Position numbers and translations under genes: made by a program | Part shown: positions 1-11,678 of the stretch, one piece after another | Numbering within the stretch: the first letter of the stretch is position 1 | Layout of the letters: each line of letters starts with the position of its first letter | The notes under the pieces: model-generated | Databases searched by the model: none | The model's input: the letters and a program-made list of their open reading frames with translations, nothing else | Told to the model about the DNA's origin: nothing | Assembly (NCBI RefSeq): GCF_006345805.1 | Contig: NW_021832968.1 | Location: forward strand, 1 to 29,225 | Length of the DNA: 29,225 nucleotides | Source: Octopus sinensis | Taxonomy: Eukaryota | Direction of reading: 5' to 3'

Positions 1-132
1 AAAAAAGAGATGCGTATAGACAATCCTTTTGAAGATTCAGAAATGCCTGCAATCTCCACTTTTAATAATAATTACACTCAGCCATGCTAGTAACACATGG
101 CGTTGTTAAAATATGAATTGTCTCACAAGTCT

Positions 133-182
133 CCAACCAACCAACTAACCAGCCAGCCAGCCAACCAGCCAGCCAGCCAGCA

Positions 183-214
<32 letters not shown>
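133..214. repeat. (CCAA)n/(CCAG)n tetranucleotide microsatellite
   Basis: Direct reading: ccaaccaa...ccagccagccag; explains ORF 97..285. Confidence 0.95.
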
Positions 215-294
215 GACCTGTCAGCCAGTATTGCCAACAAAATGTTACCTTGTTGAACTATACACATTTCACTAAATTAAGGTAACAAAAAACG

Positions 295-470
295 GTGGAG
301 GTGGTGGTGGCGGTGGTGTCGACGGCTGTAACAATGGTGGTCTTGGTGGTCGTCGTCGTGGTTATTTTGGCGTTGGGTGTTGCACTTGTAATAGTTGTAA
401 TTATAGTTGTAGCTTGTAGTTGTAATTTGTGGTTTGTGCACTTTGGGGCAGTTGTTGTAGTAGTGGCATT
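295..470. repeat. Degenerate (GTG/GTT/GTA)n low-complexity tract
   Basis: Decayed trinucleotide repeat; explains poly-Val ORF 295..546. Confidence 0.8.
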
Positions 471-550
471 GGTTTGTTCGTTATGGTGCTTTTCGAATCA
501 AAATCACATATTTTACTCTCAGACTATCAAATACATAGAGAGATAGACCT

Positions 551-737
<187 letters not shown>

Positions 738-809
738 ACTTGCAGTTGTAAATAACGAGAAAATGGAATACTCAATACTGAAACTAGAGTAATGTAATTT
801 ATTGGATCC

Positions 810-923
810 TTCACTGTCACAAACCGTTCACTGTCACAACCGTTCACTGTCACAAGCCTTCACTGTCACAAGCCTTCACTGTCACAACCGTTCACTGTCA
901 CAAGCCTTCACTGTCACAAACCG
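810..923. repeat. Minisatellite, 7 x 16-17 bp, invariant core TTCACTGTCACAA
   Basis: Units start at 810, 827, 843, 859, 875, 891, 907; tails are ACCG, CCG or GCC. Confidence 0.95.
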
Positions 924-1099
924 TTTCTTGTTCACGATCTTTGGACGAAGATGAGTAATGGGAAAGGCGGGAATTTGTATAATTTTTAGCAGCCAACAAA
1001 TGACACACTCCAACACTCATACCCACACACATATGAGTATAAGTATGTGTGTGTGTGTGTATGTGCGAGAGAGAGAGAGAGGGAGAGAGAGAGACTATT

Positions 1100-1363
1100 T
1101 TAATGAATTAAAAAAAGAAAAAGCTCCGTCCAAGTTATAACCGTACCGTCGTTTTCTCGCATTCTCTGGCGAATATATTCCCCACTGGACGGAATGCCGA
1201 TCCGTCGCATCATTACTCCTTTTGTGCCTGCGGAGCGCACAGGAACAACGTGGAATGAAGTGTTTTGCTGAAGAAAAAAAACGCATCGCTCAGTTCAGAA
1301 ATCGAAACAACAATTTAACAACCATGAGCACAACACCCTAACCACTAAGCAACGCCTCTCCAC
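1100..1363 (-). mobile_element. tRNA-derived SINE, diverged
   Basis: Minus strand starts gtggagaggcgTTGCTTAGTGGttaggg (A-box-like), then GTTTCGATTTC (B-box-like). The body resembles a widespread invertebrate SINE core (recalled, not searched). 3' boundary approximate. Confidence 0.7.
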
Positions 1364-1370
1364 ATTCTCA

Positions 1371-1419
<49 letters not shown>

Positions 1420-1865
1420 CACACACATACACACACACATACATACACACACATACATACACACAAGTACGCAAACACATTCATACACATATATTTATGT
1501 ATGTATATATATATGTATATATATGTATATATATATATATACATACATAAATATATATACATATATGCATACATACATATATATACACGTATATACATAT
1601 ACTGCGATATATATATATATTCACACACTAGTGTGGGCATACATACACACACACAGTATATATATATGCACACATATATACATACATGCATATATACATA
1701 TATATACACACACACATATATACATATACAGTGATAGACACACACACACTCACACACACAAACACACACCATATATATATAATATATATATATGTACGCA
1801 TGCATGTATGTATGCATGTATGCATTATATACTTGTGTGGGTATACATACACACACCAATATTCA
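1371..1865. repeat. Compound (CA)n/(TA)n/(CATA)n microsatellite field
   Basis: Direct reading; source of several spurious ORFs. Confidence 0.95.
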
Positions 1866-2101
1866 TATACACTTATTCATATGCAAAATCAAATATACAT
1901 TGCAAGCGTCTATGCGCACAGAACAAAGGTGTGTTTGTTAGAATATGTCTGCGTGTGTCTGTTCTTACTAACTTCTTGTCTCATAACATCTCCCACCCAA
2001 CTACTTATGTTTGTGTGAAGTGTTATTATCGATTCTTTTTTTGGCCACAAGACAATGTGTCTCATCACACGTGAAATGACGTGATGCGCAGCGATACTCA
2101 C

Positions 2102-2171
2102 CTGAAGCATGGTGCGTCCAGTGATGGTTAATTGGCGCTATGTGGGCTCTGCGGTTTAATTTAGTCACCAG
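2102..2171 (-). CDS. Weak candidate exon (minus strand), product unknown
   Basis: Strong donor CAG|GTGAGT at 2102/2101; possible acceptor ttctaccccaaag| at 2172/2171. Open reading LVTKLNRRAHIAPINHHWTHHAS, or a Kozak-like GCACCATGC giving MLQ before the donor. No partner exon found. Confidence 0.2.
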
Positions 2172-2199
2172 CTTTGGGGTAGAACAATTCGATAACACA

Positions 2200-2248
2200 G
2201 ACGTACACACACACACACACAACGTACACACTACACATAACATTATAT

Positions 2249-2279
<31 letters not shown>

Positions 2280-2827
2280 TATTATATATATATATATATA
2301 TATATACAGTATATGTGCACACAGCACGCCTATATAAACCATGTACATACATATATATATACATACACACACACATGTGTGTGCGTGCATGTATACATGT
2401 ATAAGTATATACGCACATATATACATATATATATATATAGGTACATGCATATATACATACATACGGATTGATATATATTCAAGCATAATGTATTGCCCCG
2501 TATCTGTATCTGTATGCATGTATACGTGTGCATGCGTGTTGTGTATGCGTTTGTGTGCGTGTGTATGTGTGTGTGTGCAAGTGAGTGAGTCTAAATACGT
2601 GTGTGCGCGCGTGTGTGGGGGTATATATGTTTGCGCATGTATGTATGTGTGTATATGTGCGTGTGTGTGTGTGAGGTTATGTGTGTGGAGAAAGCAGTTT
2701 ATCACGCATGCACATAGACACCGAGTAAATGGATTTTTATTGGTTTCCAAATGAGATATAGATGGAACGGTGTTCTTTCCTGTACATATACGATATATAT
2801 ATATATACATCGACACACACACATGTG

Positions 2828-2861
<34 letters not shown>

Positions 2862-2933
2862 TATATATATATATATGTATATATACACATACAAACATAT
2901 ATACATGAGTACATATTCATACATGCATATGTA

Positions 2934-2978
<45 letters not shown>

Positions 2979-2990
2979 TGTGTGTGAGCT
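2200..2990. repeat. Compound (CA)n/(TA)n/(TG)n microsatellite field
   Basis: Direct reading; source of the 342-aa ORF 2001..3029. Confidence 0.95.
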
Positions 2991-3079
2991 GTGATACCTC
3001 GGGCTTCTTGTAAGATCTTTTCTACACATGCACTAGTAAGGTTTTGATCCTACCAACAACATACTGCCTTTCCGACCAG

Positions 3080-3117
<38 letters not shown>

Positions 3118-3259
3118 CATTATTCATTTTATTTTCTCTCTCTTTTAATTATCTTTACCGTATTATTCGCCTCGACACGACACATGTACGGTAGATGACC
3201 TTCTCTTGTAACACTCTAACTATTACTATTCACTGTCTGAAATCTCGGGTGGAAACTAA

Positions 3260-3307
<48 letters not shown>

Positions 3308-3347
3308 ACCGTTCAATTCTGTATCACATAACATGACTTATTTACAG

Positions 3348-3392
3348 TTGCCAAAGTTGCTTGTCATGAGCCGAATGTGTATCGGAAATCTG
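3348..3392 (+). CDS. Candidate 45-nt coding exon (phase 1-1), product unknown
   Basis: Acceptor atgacttatttacag|, donor CTG|GTAAAT; frame x-AKVACHEPNVYRKS-; phase-compatible with 3968-4130. Confidence 0.35.
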
Positions 3393-3967
3393 GTAAATGA
3401 GGTCCCGAGATAATTACTGGGTTTGTGATTTCAGTGGTATTTTGCCTGATATAGCTTTAACCTCTTTCTTACCAGCAAGATTATAAAGTATTAACAACAA
3501 AAATAATATTTCGTTTTGGATTTGGTTTGCAAGATTCTTTATATGAGTTCGCGTGTTGAACTCATATAAAGAAAGACTATTGAACAGATTGCAAGACGCA
3601 ACGAAAAATTTAGGAAAATAAAAATACAAAATAAGTGGAAATTTTACCAGTGGGTGTGTTAAATTATAAGGCACAAAAAGAAAATGACTCTCCCCAGACA
3701 TAACAGAACAAAAATGATGATTGAGCAAAAGCCTTCAACAGACATTTTAAGTGAAAAGGAAAAGACAAGGACTGGACAATAACTTCTACAACTGCAACAG
3801 CGAAAGTAGTGGCCAAAATTTGAAACAAGCAGACGATACTGTTTTCATTTTAGAAGAATCGATTGAGTCGTTAGTATTTTAAATAGAATGCCACGTGTGT
3901 TCCTGTGCTCTATGCTCTGTGTTTGAACGTTGCTGACGTCAACGCTGCATTTTGTTCTTTTCGACAG

Positions 3968-4130
3968 AAATGTATCAATCCAGTATGATGAATAAGCAGC
4001 GCTATTCGAACCCTCAAAACGAAGTGCCTTGTAGTACTTCTTCTGGCCCTTTAGGGTCTGATAGGCAATACCTGCATCGACATCGTTACCAAAGTGTATC
4101 GCCAAAAGTCGGTGCAGAGAGAAAAGACTT
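3968..4130 (+). CDS. Candidate 163-nt coding exon (phase 1 in, phase 2 out, or ATG at 3970), product unknown
   Basis: Branch-like gCTGAC, polypyrimidine ttttgttcttttcgacag|, donor CTT|GTATGT. Only one frame is open: MYQSSMMNKQRYSNPQNEVPCSTSSGPLGSDRQYLHRHRYQSVSPKVGAERKD. Non-repetitive and more GC-rich than its flanks. No family recognised. Confidence 0.5.
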
Positions 4131-4213
4131 GTATGTATAGATATACTGCCAGTCTTCCACTGGTATAAATACACAGTCAGACATGATCAACGAAGGCCCA
4201 TGAAGCAAGATAT

Positions 4214-4410
4214 TGGTTTCAAATTTTGGTACTGTGCCACCAGTTTGCGAGGAGGGTGTAAGTGGATTATATCTACCCCCAGTGCTCAACTGTTAATTGT
4301 TCTATCGACCCAGAAAGAACGAAGATCAAAGTCAGTCTCAGTGAAATTTGAACACACAATGCAATAACGGACGAAATGACTCTAAACATTTTGCCCAGCG
4401 TACTAACGAA
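4214..4410 (-). mobile_element. tRNA-derived SINE (abundant octopus-type family), diverged
   Basis: Homologous to the copies at 11306-11680 and 20240-21245 (tail gtttcaaattttgg, body gaaatttgaac, head ctaacgaatct). Confidence 0.8.
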
Positions 4411-4551
4411 TCTACCGGCTCGACACTTTCCCATAGTATAAAGATATTAGGAGTATATATATAGACGATTGTTTTGGCGGAGTCGTTAGAAAATCGAATA
4501 GAATGCTCTCTAATACAACTACAAGAATTCTAAATCTATTGTTCATTACAA

Positions 4552-4880
4552 GGAGCGTGTGGTTTGTGCGTTTGGCTAACGATCATAAAGGTTGTGGGTT
4601 CAATTCCTGGATGGGTGATTCGTTGTTTCCTTAAGCAAGCAAACCACTTTATTTATCGTTACTACATTCTACTCAGCTGTGTTAAGAACCAGTCAATTGC
4701 TAGTGCAGTCGTTTTCTCCACCAGCTGTCACACTTTATGTGATCTGTTAAGTCGTTCGTGAAGGGAAGAAGACGCCAGGATGTTTGTGTCACTGGGGACC
4801 CCACAGGCACCTAAAACAATTAGCGAAATCATTTCACAAGTTACCAAGCCTTACTCACTCGCGACTTAGTGACGGCTGGC
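4552..4880 (+). mobile_element. tRNA-derived SINE, diverged
   Basis: B-box GGTTCAATTCC at 4597-4607 followed by ttgtttccttaagcaag, similar to the head region of the 1100-1363 SINE; 3' boundary approximate. Confidence 0.6.
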
Positions 4881-5616
4881 TGTCTTAATATAGTGAAAAC
4901 TCTAAGTACCCAGAAAACTTTAGTCGATTTCATGTTCATTTCTCTCTTGGCAATGTTGTATTTGGAAAGGATTTAAACCAAAAAAAAAAAAACACTTTCT
5001 TATTGACGTCACTGGAATTGATCATCTGTTAATGGCTGTTCAATAGTGACAGTTCATATAATTGACGATTTATTGCACAAGTGTGTTGGATAAATAAATA
5101 AATATCCTTAAGATGTTATACAATAGTTCAAAATGAGATTTATACACTTTGTCCTTATCCAATTATATATAATTTTTATAATATATACAAACACTAATTT
5201 TGCTTTTTTTTTGTTCGCTTTTGATTTGTTTTGCTTTGTTTTCATCAAAGAAGTTTATTCAACTATTCATTGTGTCTACAAGTCCTGGTTACACGTCAAA
5301 GATGTCTAGATGTTAAATAGATTATCCAAACACCTGAGCTCTGCCTCTTGATATACTTTCAAAAACAAAAGCAACATTCGAAATATAGACAGAAATATAG
5401 GTATTTCTGGATAACGCGCTTTCGTACCATTTTCATACTTTAGGTTGTGTTATAATTAAGCACAAGAAAAAATGAAGTTAGGCGTTAACCCGTTGTATTT
5501 TAATCTGGGTCAACTCGGGAACACATTAATGTATATTGAACAATTAATCTCAGAAGCACTAGAACATACATATATTGCATTGTTACTAAAACTGTTATCA
5601 AATCTATATATATTCA

Positions 5617-5658
<42 letters not shown>

Positions 5659-5667
5659 GAGAGAGAG

Positions 5668-6122
5668 AGAGCAAAAAGGAAATGGAGGGGATCAATAGGT
5701 GGTTCATCAACTTTTAGACATTATATTATGTTAACTTATTTATTTATTTACTAAAATGACAATTACAAGAATATACATACATGTATAACATATTATGCTT
5801 TACATATAAAAAATACTAATATATAAAGATACCAGTAATTATGAAGATATAACATGCAGGAATATAAATTGGGAAAATATATTACAGCTGTTTCAGCCAA
5901 GAGGCAAAAATACCTCATTCTATTTTTATTCCTCCTATAGACTGAAGTAATAAGATGGTATCTTTATATATTAATATATTTTATATGTAAAGCATAATAT
6001 GTTATACATGTATTTATATTCTTGTAATTGTCATTTTAGTAAATAAATAAATAAGTTGACATAATATAGTGTCTAAAAGTTGATGAACCACCTATTGATC
6101 CTCTCCATTTTCTTATTGCTCT
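5668..6122. mobile_element. Foldback / long-TIR MITE-like element: 167-nt inverted arms, 121-nt spacer
   Basis: 5668-5834 is the reverse complement of 5956-6122 with 8 mismatches and no gaps by manual alignment; TSD not resolved; no coding capacity. Confidence 0.8.
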
Positions 6123-6288
6123 ATAAATTAATGATAAAATATCTCTTTACCTTCACCCATTTAGTGCACTCGGTAATGTAATTGTAATGCAGTAAAAAAC
6201 ACTTGTGTATTAATAATTGGGTATTCTACCAGCAGTATATTGGATATTATCCCTTAGTTGGTTGGATTCACAATCTCTAACTTTCTTG

Positions 6289-6359
<71 letters not shown>

Positions 6360-6367
6360 ATATATAT

Positions 6368-6418
<51 letters not shown>

Positions 6419-6421
<3 letters not shown>

Positions 6422-6816
6422 TTATATATAAAAGTCAAGTTGTGTGTCTGTCTCCTACGATTTAGATTCCTAACTACTCCCACATTTTGCGGTGCAGTTT
6501 AACCAAAACCGGGTATCTTATAGACGTGATTCATATTGAGCCCTTCTGCGTATTAGCGCGCGTCTACGATGAGTCTACGATTTAAAAAAAAATTTACCAT
6601 CATTTTTTTCAATTTTAATGCATTTTTTCGCTATTATATAAGGGAAGTAACTCTCTAAAAATGTCTACGATGAGTCAACGATTTAAAAAAAAATTTACCA
6701 GCAATTTTTTTTCCATTTTTAATGCATTTTTTTGCTATTTTGGGGCTATAACTCTCTAAAAATGCTTATATAGTTATTTCCCTTACAAACCTGAGCAACG
6801 CCGGGCGATACTGCTA

Positions 6817-6817
<1 letters not shown>
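6419..6817 (+). mobile_element. Non-autonomous Helitron inserted in (TA)n
   Basis: 5' TC at 6419 (TCTTTATATATAAAA), 3' CTAG at 6814-6817, flanked by A and T; subterminal CCTGAGCAACGCCGGG hairpin-like motif; internal duplication of about 101 bp. Confidence 0.8.
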
Positions 6818-6854
<37 letters not shown>

Positions 6855-7154
6855 GTAATATCCAAGGATCTAAGTATAGTAAGTTTGTAAGCTTCGAGCA
6901 GTCCGTGATAAGTATAAAAAACAAATTTCAGGAATAATTATTATTCATTGATGTAGAAGATTGTAGGCTTTTCCCATATCGAACATCGATAAGCTGAAAA
7001 AAGTTTCTTTTTTTATATATATATAGTTCACGGTTACCAACTAAGGTTGCTATGAATGCGAAAAAATATTCAAATTGAGGGAACGGAGCAGGTAAAAATC
7101 CAGGCAACATATGTTTCCTAGCAAGCAGATTAATTTTCTTGCTCCATTCTTTCA

Positions 7155-7155
<1 letters not shown>

Positions 7156-7232
<77 letters not shown>
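7156..7232. repeat. (TA)n(GA)n microsatellite
   Basis: Direct reading. Confidence 0.95.
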
Positions 7233-7236
<4 letters not shown>

Positions 7237-7459
7237 GATAGAGCGTGAATGGACAACTTGTGACAGATTTCAGTCAATTCTTTTCAGGAACTTTTGATGG
7301 AGCAACACTAATAATATGATTGTATCGTAACGAATTAGTTAAACGTAAATATCACTCGAATATTATTTGTTTTTGTTTTGTTGTTTTCGAAAATTTCCAT
7401 TCTTCTTTTTTCTGTTTAATAATTGTTTCCGTTAGAGCGTCGGAAAAAAATCCATTGCG

Positions 7460-7560
7460 GTATTAGTTTGTGCACTTTTCATTCTGAGTTCAAAACCCAC
7501 CGAGGGTTGGCTTTGCGTTTCATTCTTTCGGAGTCGATAAAATTACCCTATTTAATAACG
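7460..7560 (+). mobile_element. SINE fragment (same family as 11306)
   Basis: ttctgagttcaaaacccaccgagg...tttcattctttcggagtcgataaaatta matches the body of the 11306 copy. Confidence 0.7.
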
Positions 7561-8084
7561 TATAAGACGTCCTTTTTTAAACGTATCAAAAATTGTCCAG
7601 CGTCTAATGTGTCCGTATTACGAACGCAGATCAAGAGTTGTAGGAGAGAGATCTGGATAAGTATAAGTCCATAAGGAACAATAATTGTTGCTAATTATAA
7701 AATATTGTAAGTAAACCATCTGGGTGATCGATCGCGTCAACACAAAACATCATAGCCGAAAATACGAGCTTTACTGTATGGCGATTCTCTAATTCAAAAT
7801 ATATATTCAAAAAATACTATAGAGTTGATCTGAAAAAAAAAAAAAAGCTGAAATACAGTACTCATATATCGTATTTTCTATATGAGAAATGTATAGTTTC
7901 ATGCTTCATTCCAGTATACTGTCACAGCATTATATTTACATGCAAAGAATTACACACTTTCTCTTACAAAAAGCACTTTAAAATATCACTCAGCCTTAAT
8001 ATGACGAAACATACTAAATCTGAATTTTTTTCCCACAAAATATACTTGTAAAATACGAGTGTGCCTAATACTAGCATGAGTCTT

Positions 8085-8172
8085 ATACGTTGGCAAATAA
8101 GCGAAGTAGCGGGGTCAATAGCTTCGATTAAACCTCTTCAAATTTGCTGGACTTGTGCCTAAATCAGAAACC
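8085..8172 (+). mobile_element. SINE 3' fragment
   Basis: ggggtcaatagcttcgat...aaatttgctggacttgtgcctaaat matches the tail of the 20469-20695 copy. Confidence 0.55.
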
Positions 8173-8814
8173 ATTACTGTTGTTACGGTTACACAAATGG
8201 CGCCATAAGAAATTATATATTTTCTCTCTTTTCATACACACTTGTTGATAATTTATCCTCTGATATACGCTAAGAAGAATGCGAAAACGAAGATAACGGG
8301 AATACGAGCAAAGCAAATAAATAAATAATGAATAAAAACATAAATACAAATAACAGGAAAATTAAGCATAGGCGGGGGGGAAATAATTCGAAAAATACGA
8401 AAGACAAAAATCACCGGCAAGAACGAAAGCTCACTTTTCTTGAGTAAGTCATCAGCTTAGACTTTTTTCTTACAAGTGTCTTTTGCTTATACAACCACGA
8501 CTATGAACGGATTTCACTGAAAGCGCTATCATTCTATGCTTTATTCTCCAGACCACAAAAGAATACTGGTTTTGCTTGGCTTGGCATGGTTCAGTTTTCC
8601 TGTTTGTTTGTTTGTTAAATCATCGTCTTTGCCAACCAGCCTCAAACTATTTATGCCAGCTTTTGACATGGTTTTTTACGCTTTACTGAACTCTATTGTA
8701 ATACTCCCTTTTGTCTGCTGTTTCATTTTCTTTATATTGACAAGTTCAAACGAAGAACTAATATATACAGTCTCGGCGTACGTAGTAATTGCCTCGTTTA
8801 CGTTTCTCTCATTC

Positions 8815-8817
<3 letters not shown>

Positions 8818-8855
<38 letters not shown>

Positions 8856-9247
8856 TATATATATATACTATATTCTGTATATGTATATAATATATATAAT
8901 ATTATATACACATGTATATGCATAATATATATATTGTATATGTATATAAAAGTATACACGCACAATATATATATAACGTATGTATATATATATATTGCAT
9001 ATATATAACGCTTATATATGCATATATATTTGTGTATACGCACACACATATACATACATACATACACATATATATGTTACCATATAAAAATATATATACA
9101 CACATATATATGTATATATATTTCAGTATAAATATATATACGTACACACACTCACACACACATATATATATATTATATATATTCCATATATGCATATGTA
9201 TGTATATATATGTATATATATATATGTATGTATGATATATATATATA

Positions 9248-9280
<33 letters not shown>

Positions 9281-9420
9281 ATGTATGTATATATGTATGT
9301 ATGCATGTATATATATATATTTACAAACACATATATGTAAGCATGTGTGCACACACACACACACACATACAGAGGGAGAGAGAGAGAAGGAGGAGGAGGA
9401 GTGAGAGAGAGAAAGCGAGA
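8818..9420. repeat. Compound (TA)n/(CA)n/(TG)n/(GA)n microsatellite field
   Basis: Direct reading. Confidence 0.95.
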
Positions 9421-9659
9421 AAGAGACCCACACCCCTGGAACCCACACAAACATACATGCGAAAAGCAAATTCATCCGATATCAGTATCACTACTAAATA
9501 AAAATTAGGTCTAAAGACACGAGATCAACAACACACATAGCCGCAAGCTAACAATGCTAACGATCTAGACGCAGTGTAAACTTTTTTTTTCTTAAGCATA
9601 CATACAACATGGAAATCACAGACATAAACCAAACATAGGTAAATCACTGGAGAAAACGA

Positions 9660-10640
9660 GTCGACCATGGAATTTTCGACATCGTCGCCGGCGCCAAACC
9701 TGCTTGAAATAACAGCTGAATCGGCTTCAAATTACTTCTGAGTGTTTTGAAAGAAAATGAAGGATAAATTGGAAATTATTTTTTGTTGTGTAATAGAATA
9801 GGAAGTGAAAATATTGTGTGATCATACTTGGAATGGATTTCAACGATTCAATGCTCGAATCTCGGCATCGTTGCCATCAGAGGTGCTTGAAACAGCAGCT
9901 AAACCTGCTCTAAAAGCTACTATCTTGAAAGAAAAATTAAGCGTCAGCTGAATTAGGTGAACGTTTTCTACGAAGGAAACGACTGGGGGTTTATACTTTA
10001 ACAGATTTCGACGACTCGATAGGGAAGACTCGGTATCGTCACAACCAGACATGTTTGAAATAGCAGCTAAGTCTGCCTCAAAATTACTGCTTTGAAAGGA
10101 AAATGAAGGATATGCTAGATAATGTGGTTCTAGGCAAATCATGCCCATGTAGGAAAACGGCTGGGTGGTCACGCTTAGAATGGATTTTAGTGACTCCATG
10201 ATGGAAAGATAGCGTTGTCGCCGTCAGGTCAGCTTGAAATAGCAGTTATTTGTAAGCTGTAGCTTTCGGTGAACTTTATCTATGAAGGTAAAAAAAAAAA
10301 AAAGACTGGGTAGTCACGCTTGGAACATATAGTTTATCATATTTCACTAATGCTCGATCCGCATTAATTTTGGATAACCAACAACAACACAGACAAACAC
10401 TAGTTACATGTTAAAGAAGTCAACAACGGTACTTCTATGTGGTTGCTGGACATGCTGAAATGAGAACCAAATCGCTATGAAATAACGTCTTATGGTCTTG
10501 AAAAAGGATACATCGAGTAACGGTAATGTTGCCTTCTTGAATGTAGTGTGCCGAGAAAACAGACAGAATAATCATGAATGAAATATATTTTATCGTAGGT
10601 CTGCTCAATCGGGATGGATCTAGAGCTAAGTGACACGAAG
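9660..10640 (+). repeat. Diverged tandem array, 5 units of about 170-220 bp
   Basis: Anchor TTGAAA(T/C)A(A/G)CAG at 9704, 9887, 10055, 10234 and a degenerate copy at about 10455; further recurring blocks gaaa(g/a)aaaatgaaggata and ctgggt(g/a)gtcacgctt. Confidence 0.75.
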
Positions 10641-11124
10641 ATCAAGTCACAAGTTGTTGCAATTTTGTTGTCGTTTAGTCTCAGGTCAGCCTAGATCGAA
10701 CCAAACTAATTAACGGCGTTCAAAGCGATATTTTCTAAGACTACATTGTTTTATATACTCTTCCCATTGCTTTTTTCTTTTTTGTATCTTTAAGGAGGTT
10801 GGAGTGTGATGTGTTATCTGTAGCATCTAGCAACGTTCGCATAGTACGCGCATAGAGGTTTCATTCGTTGACTCGTTAAATTACAGGATGTGCGTGGCGT
10901 ATGAACTGCGTGTATGTATTTTCGCGTTGTATATGAACGTGTGTGTGTGAATGACGAGAGAGAGAGGGAGACAGAGAGAGATAATCAGACAGACATACAG
11001 ATAGACAGACGGATTGACTGACTGACAAACAGACAAACGAGGACCCTTTCTGTTTGTAGCGTCTCGAAGTGGGTTTATTTTGTAACGTCTCGAAGTAGTA
11101 ATTCAGAAATGGGCTCAAGCTTTA

Positions 11125-11257
11125 ATCGACCCCTCAGTATTTCGTTCACCGTTACGCTCTGAGTTCAAATTTCGCAGTGGGGTCGATGTAATCGATTTAA
11201 TCCCTTTGTCTGTCCTTGTTTGTCTCCTCTATGTTTAGCCCCGTGTGGGCAATAAAA

Positions 11258-11307
<50 letters not shown>

Positions 11308-11678
11308 GATGGTTAGCTGGCAGAATCGTTAGCGCGCTGGACGAAATGCTTAACGGTATTTCGTCTGCCGTTACGTTGTGAGTTCAAATTCCGCCGAAGT
11401 CGACTTTGCCTTTCATCCTTTCGGGGTCGATTAAATAAGTACCAGTTACGCACTGCAGTCGATATAATCGACTTGATCCGTTTGTCTGTCCTTGTTTGTC
11501 CTCTCTGTGTTTAGCCCCGTGTGGGTAGTAAAGAAATAGGTATTTCCTTTGCCGCAACTTCTGAGTTCAAATTCCGCCGAGGTCGACTTTGCTTGTCATC
11601 CTTTCGAGATCGGTTAAATAAGTGCCAGTTATGCACTAAGGTCGATGTAATCGACTTAATCCTCAAGCTTGTGGTAAA

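Noticed and set aside
810-923. CRISPR-like repeat array
   Set aside because: Units are directly adjacent with 3-4 nt tails and no unique spacers; the context is eukaryotic and there are no cas genes.
1290-1363. tRNA genes at the A/B-box sites (also 4552, 11306, 20469, 25747)
   Set aside because: No cloverleaf or acceptor stem can be formed, and each continues into a repeated SINE body.
7027-7091. + strand AG...CAG|GTAAAA exon-like pair
   Set aside because: Stops in all three frames.
8536-8830. About 95-codon hydrophobic ORF resembling a membrane protein or GPCR fragment
   Set aside because: T-rich sequence naturally translates as F/L/I/V; no family motif or good donor, and a few ORFs of this length are expected by chance.
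9597-9638. 42-nt exon-like segment, open in phase 1-1
   Set aside because: Does not fit the phase-2 exit of the upstream candidate exon, and nothing beyond the splice dinucleotide contexts supports it.
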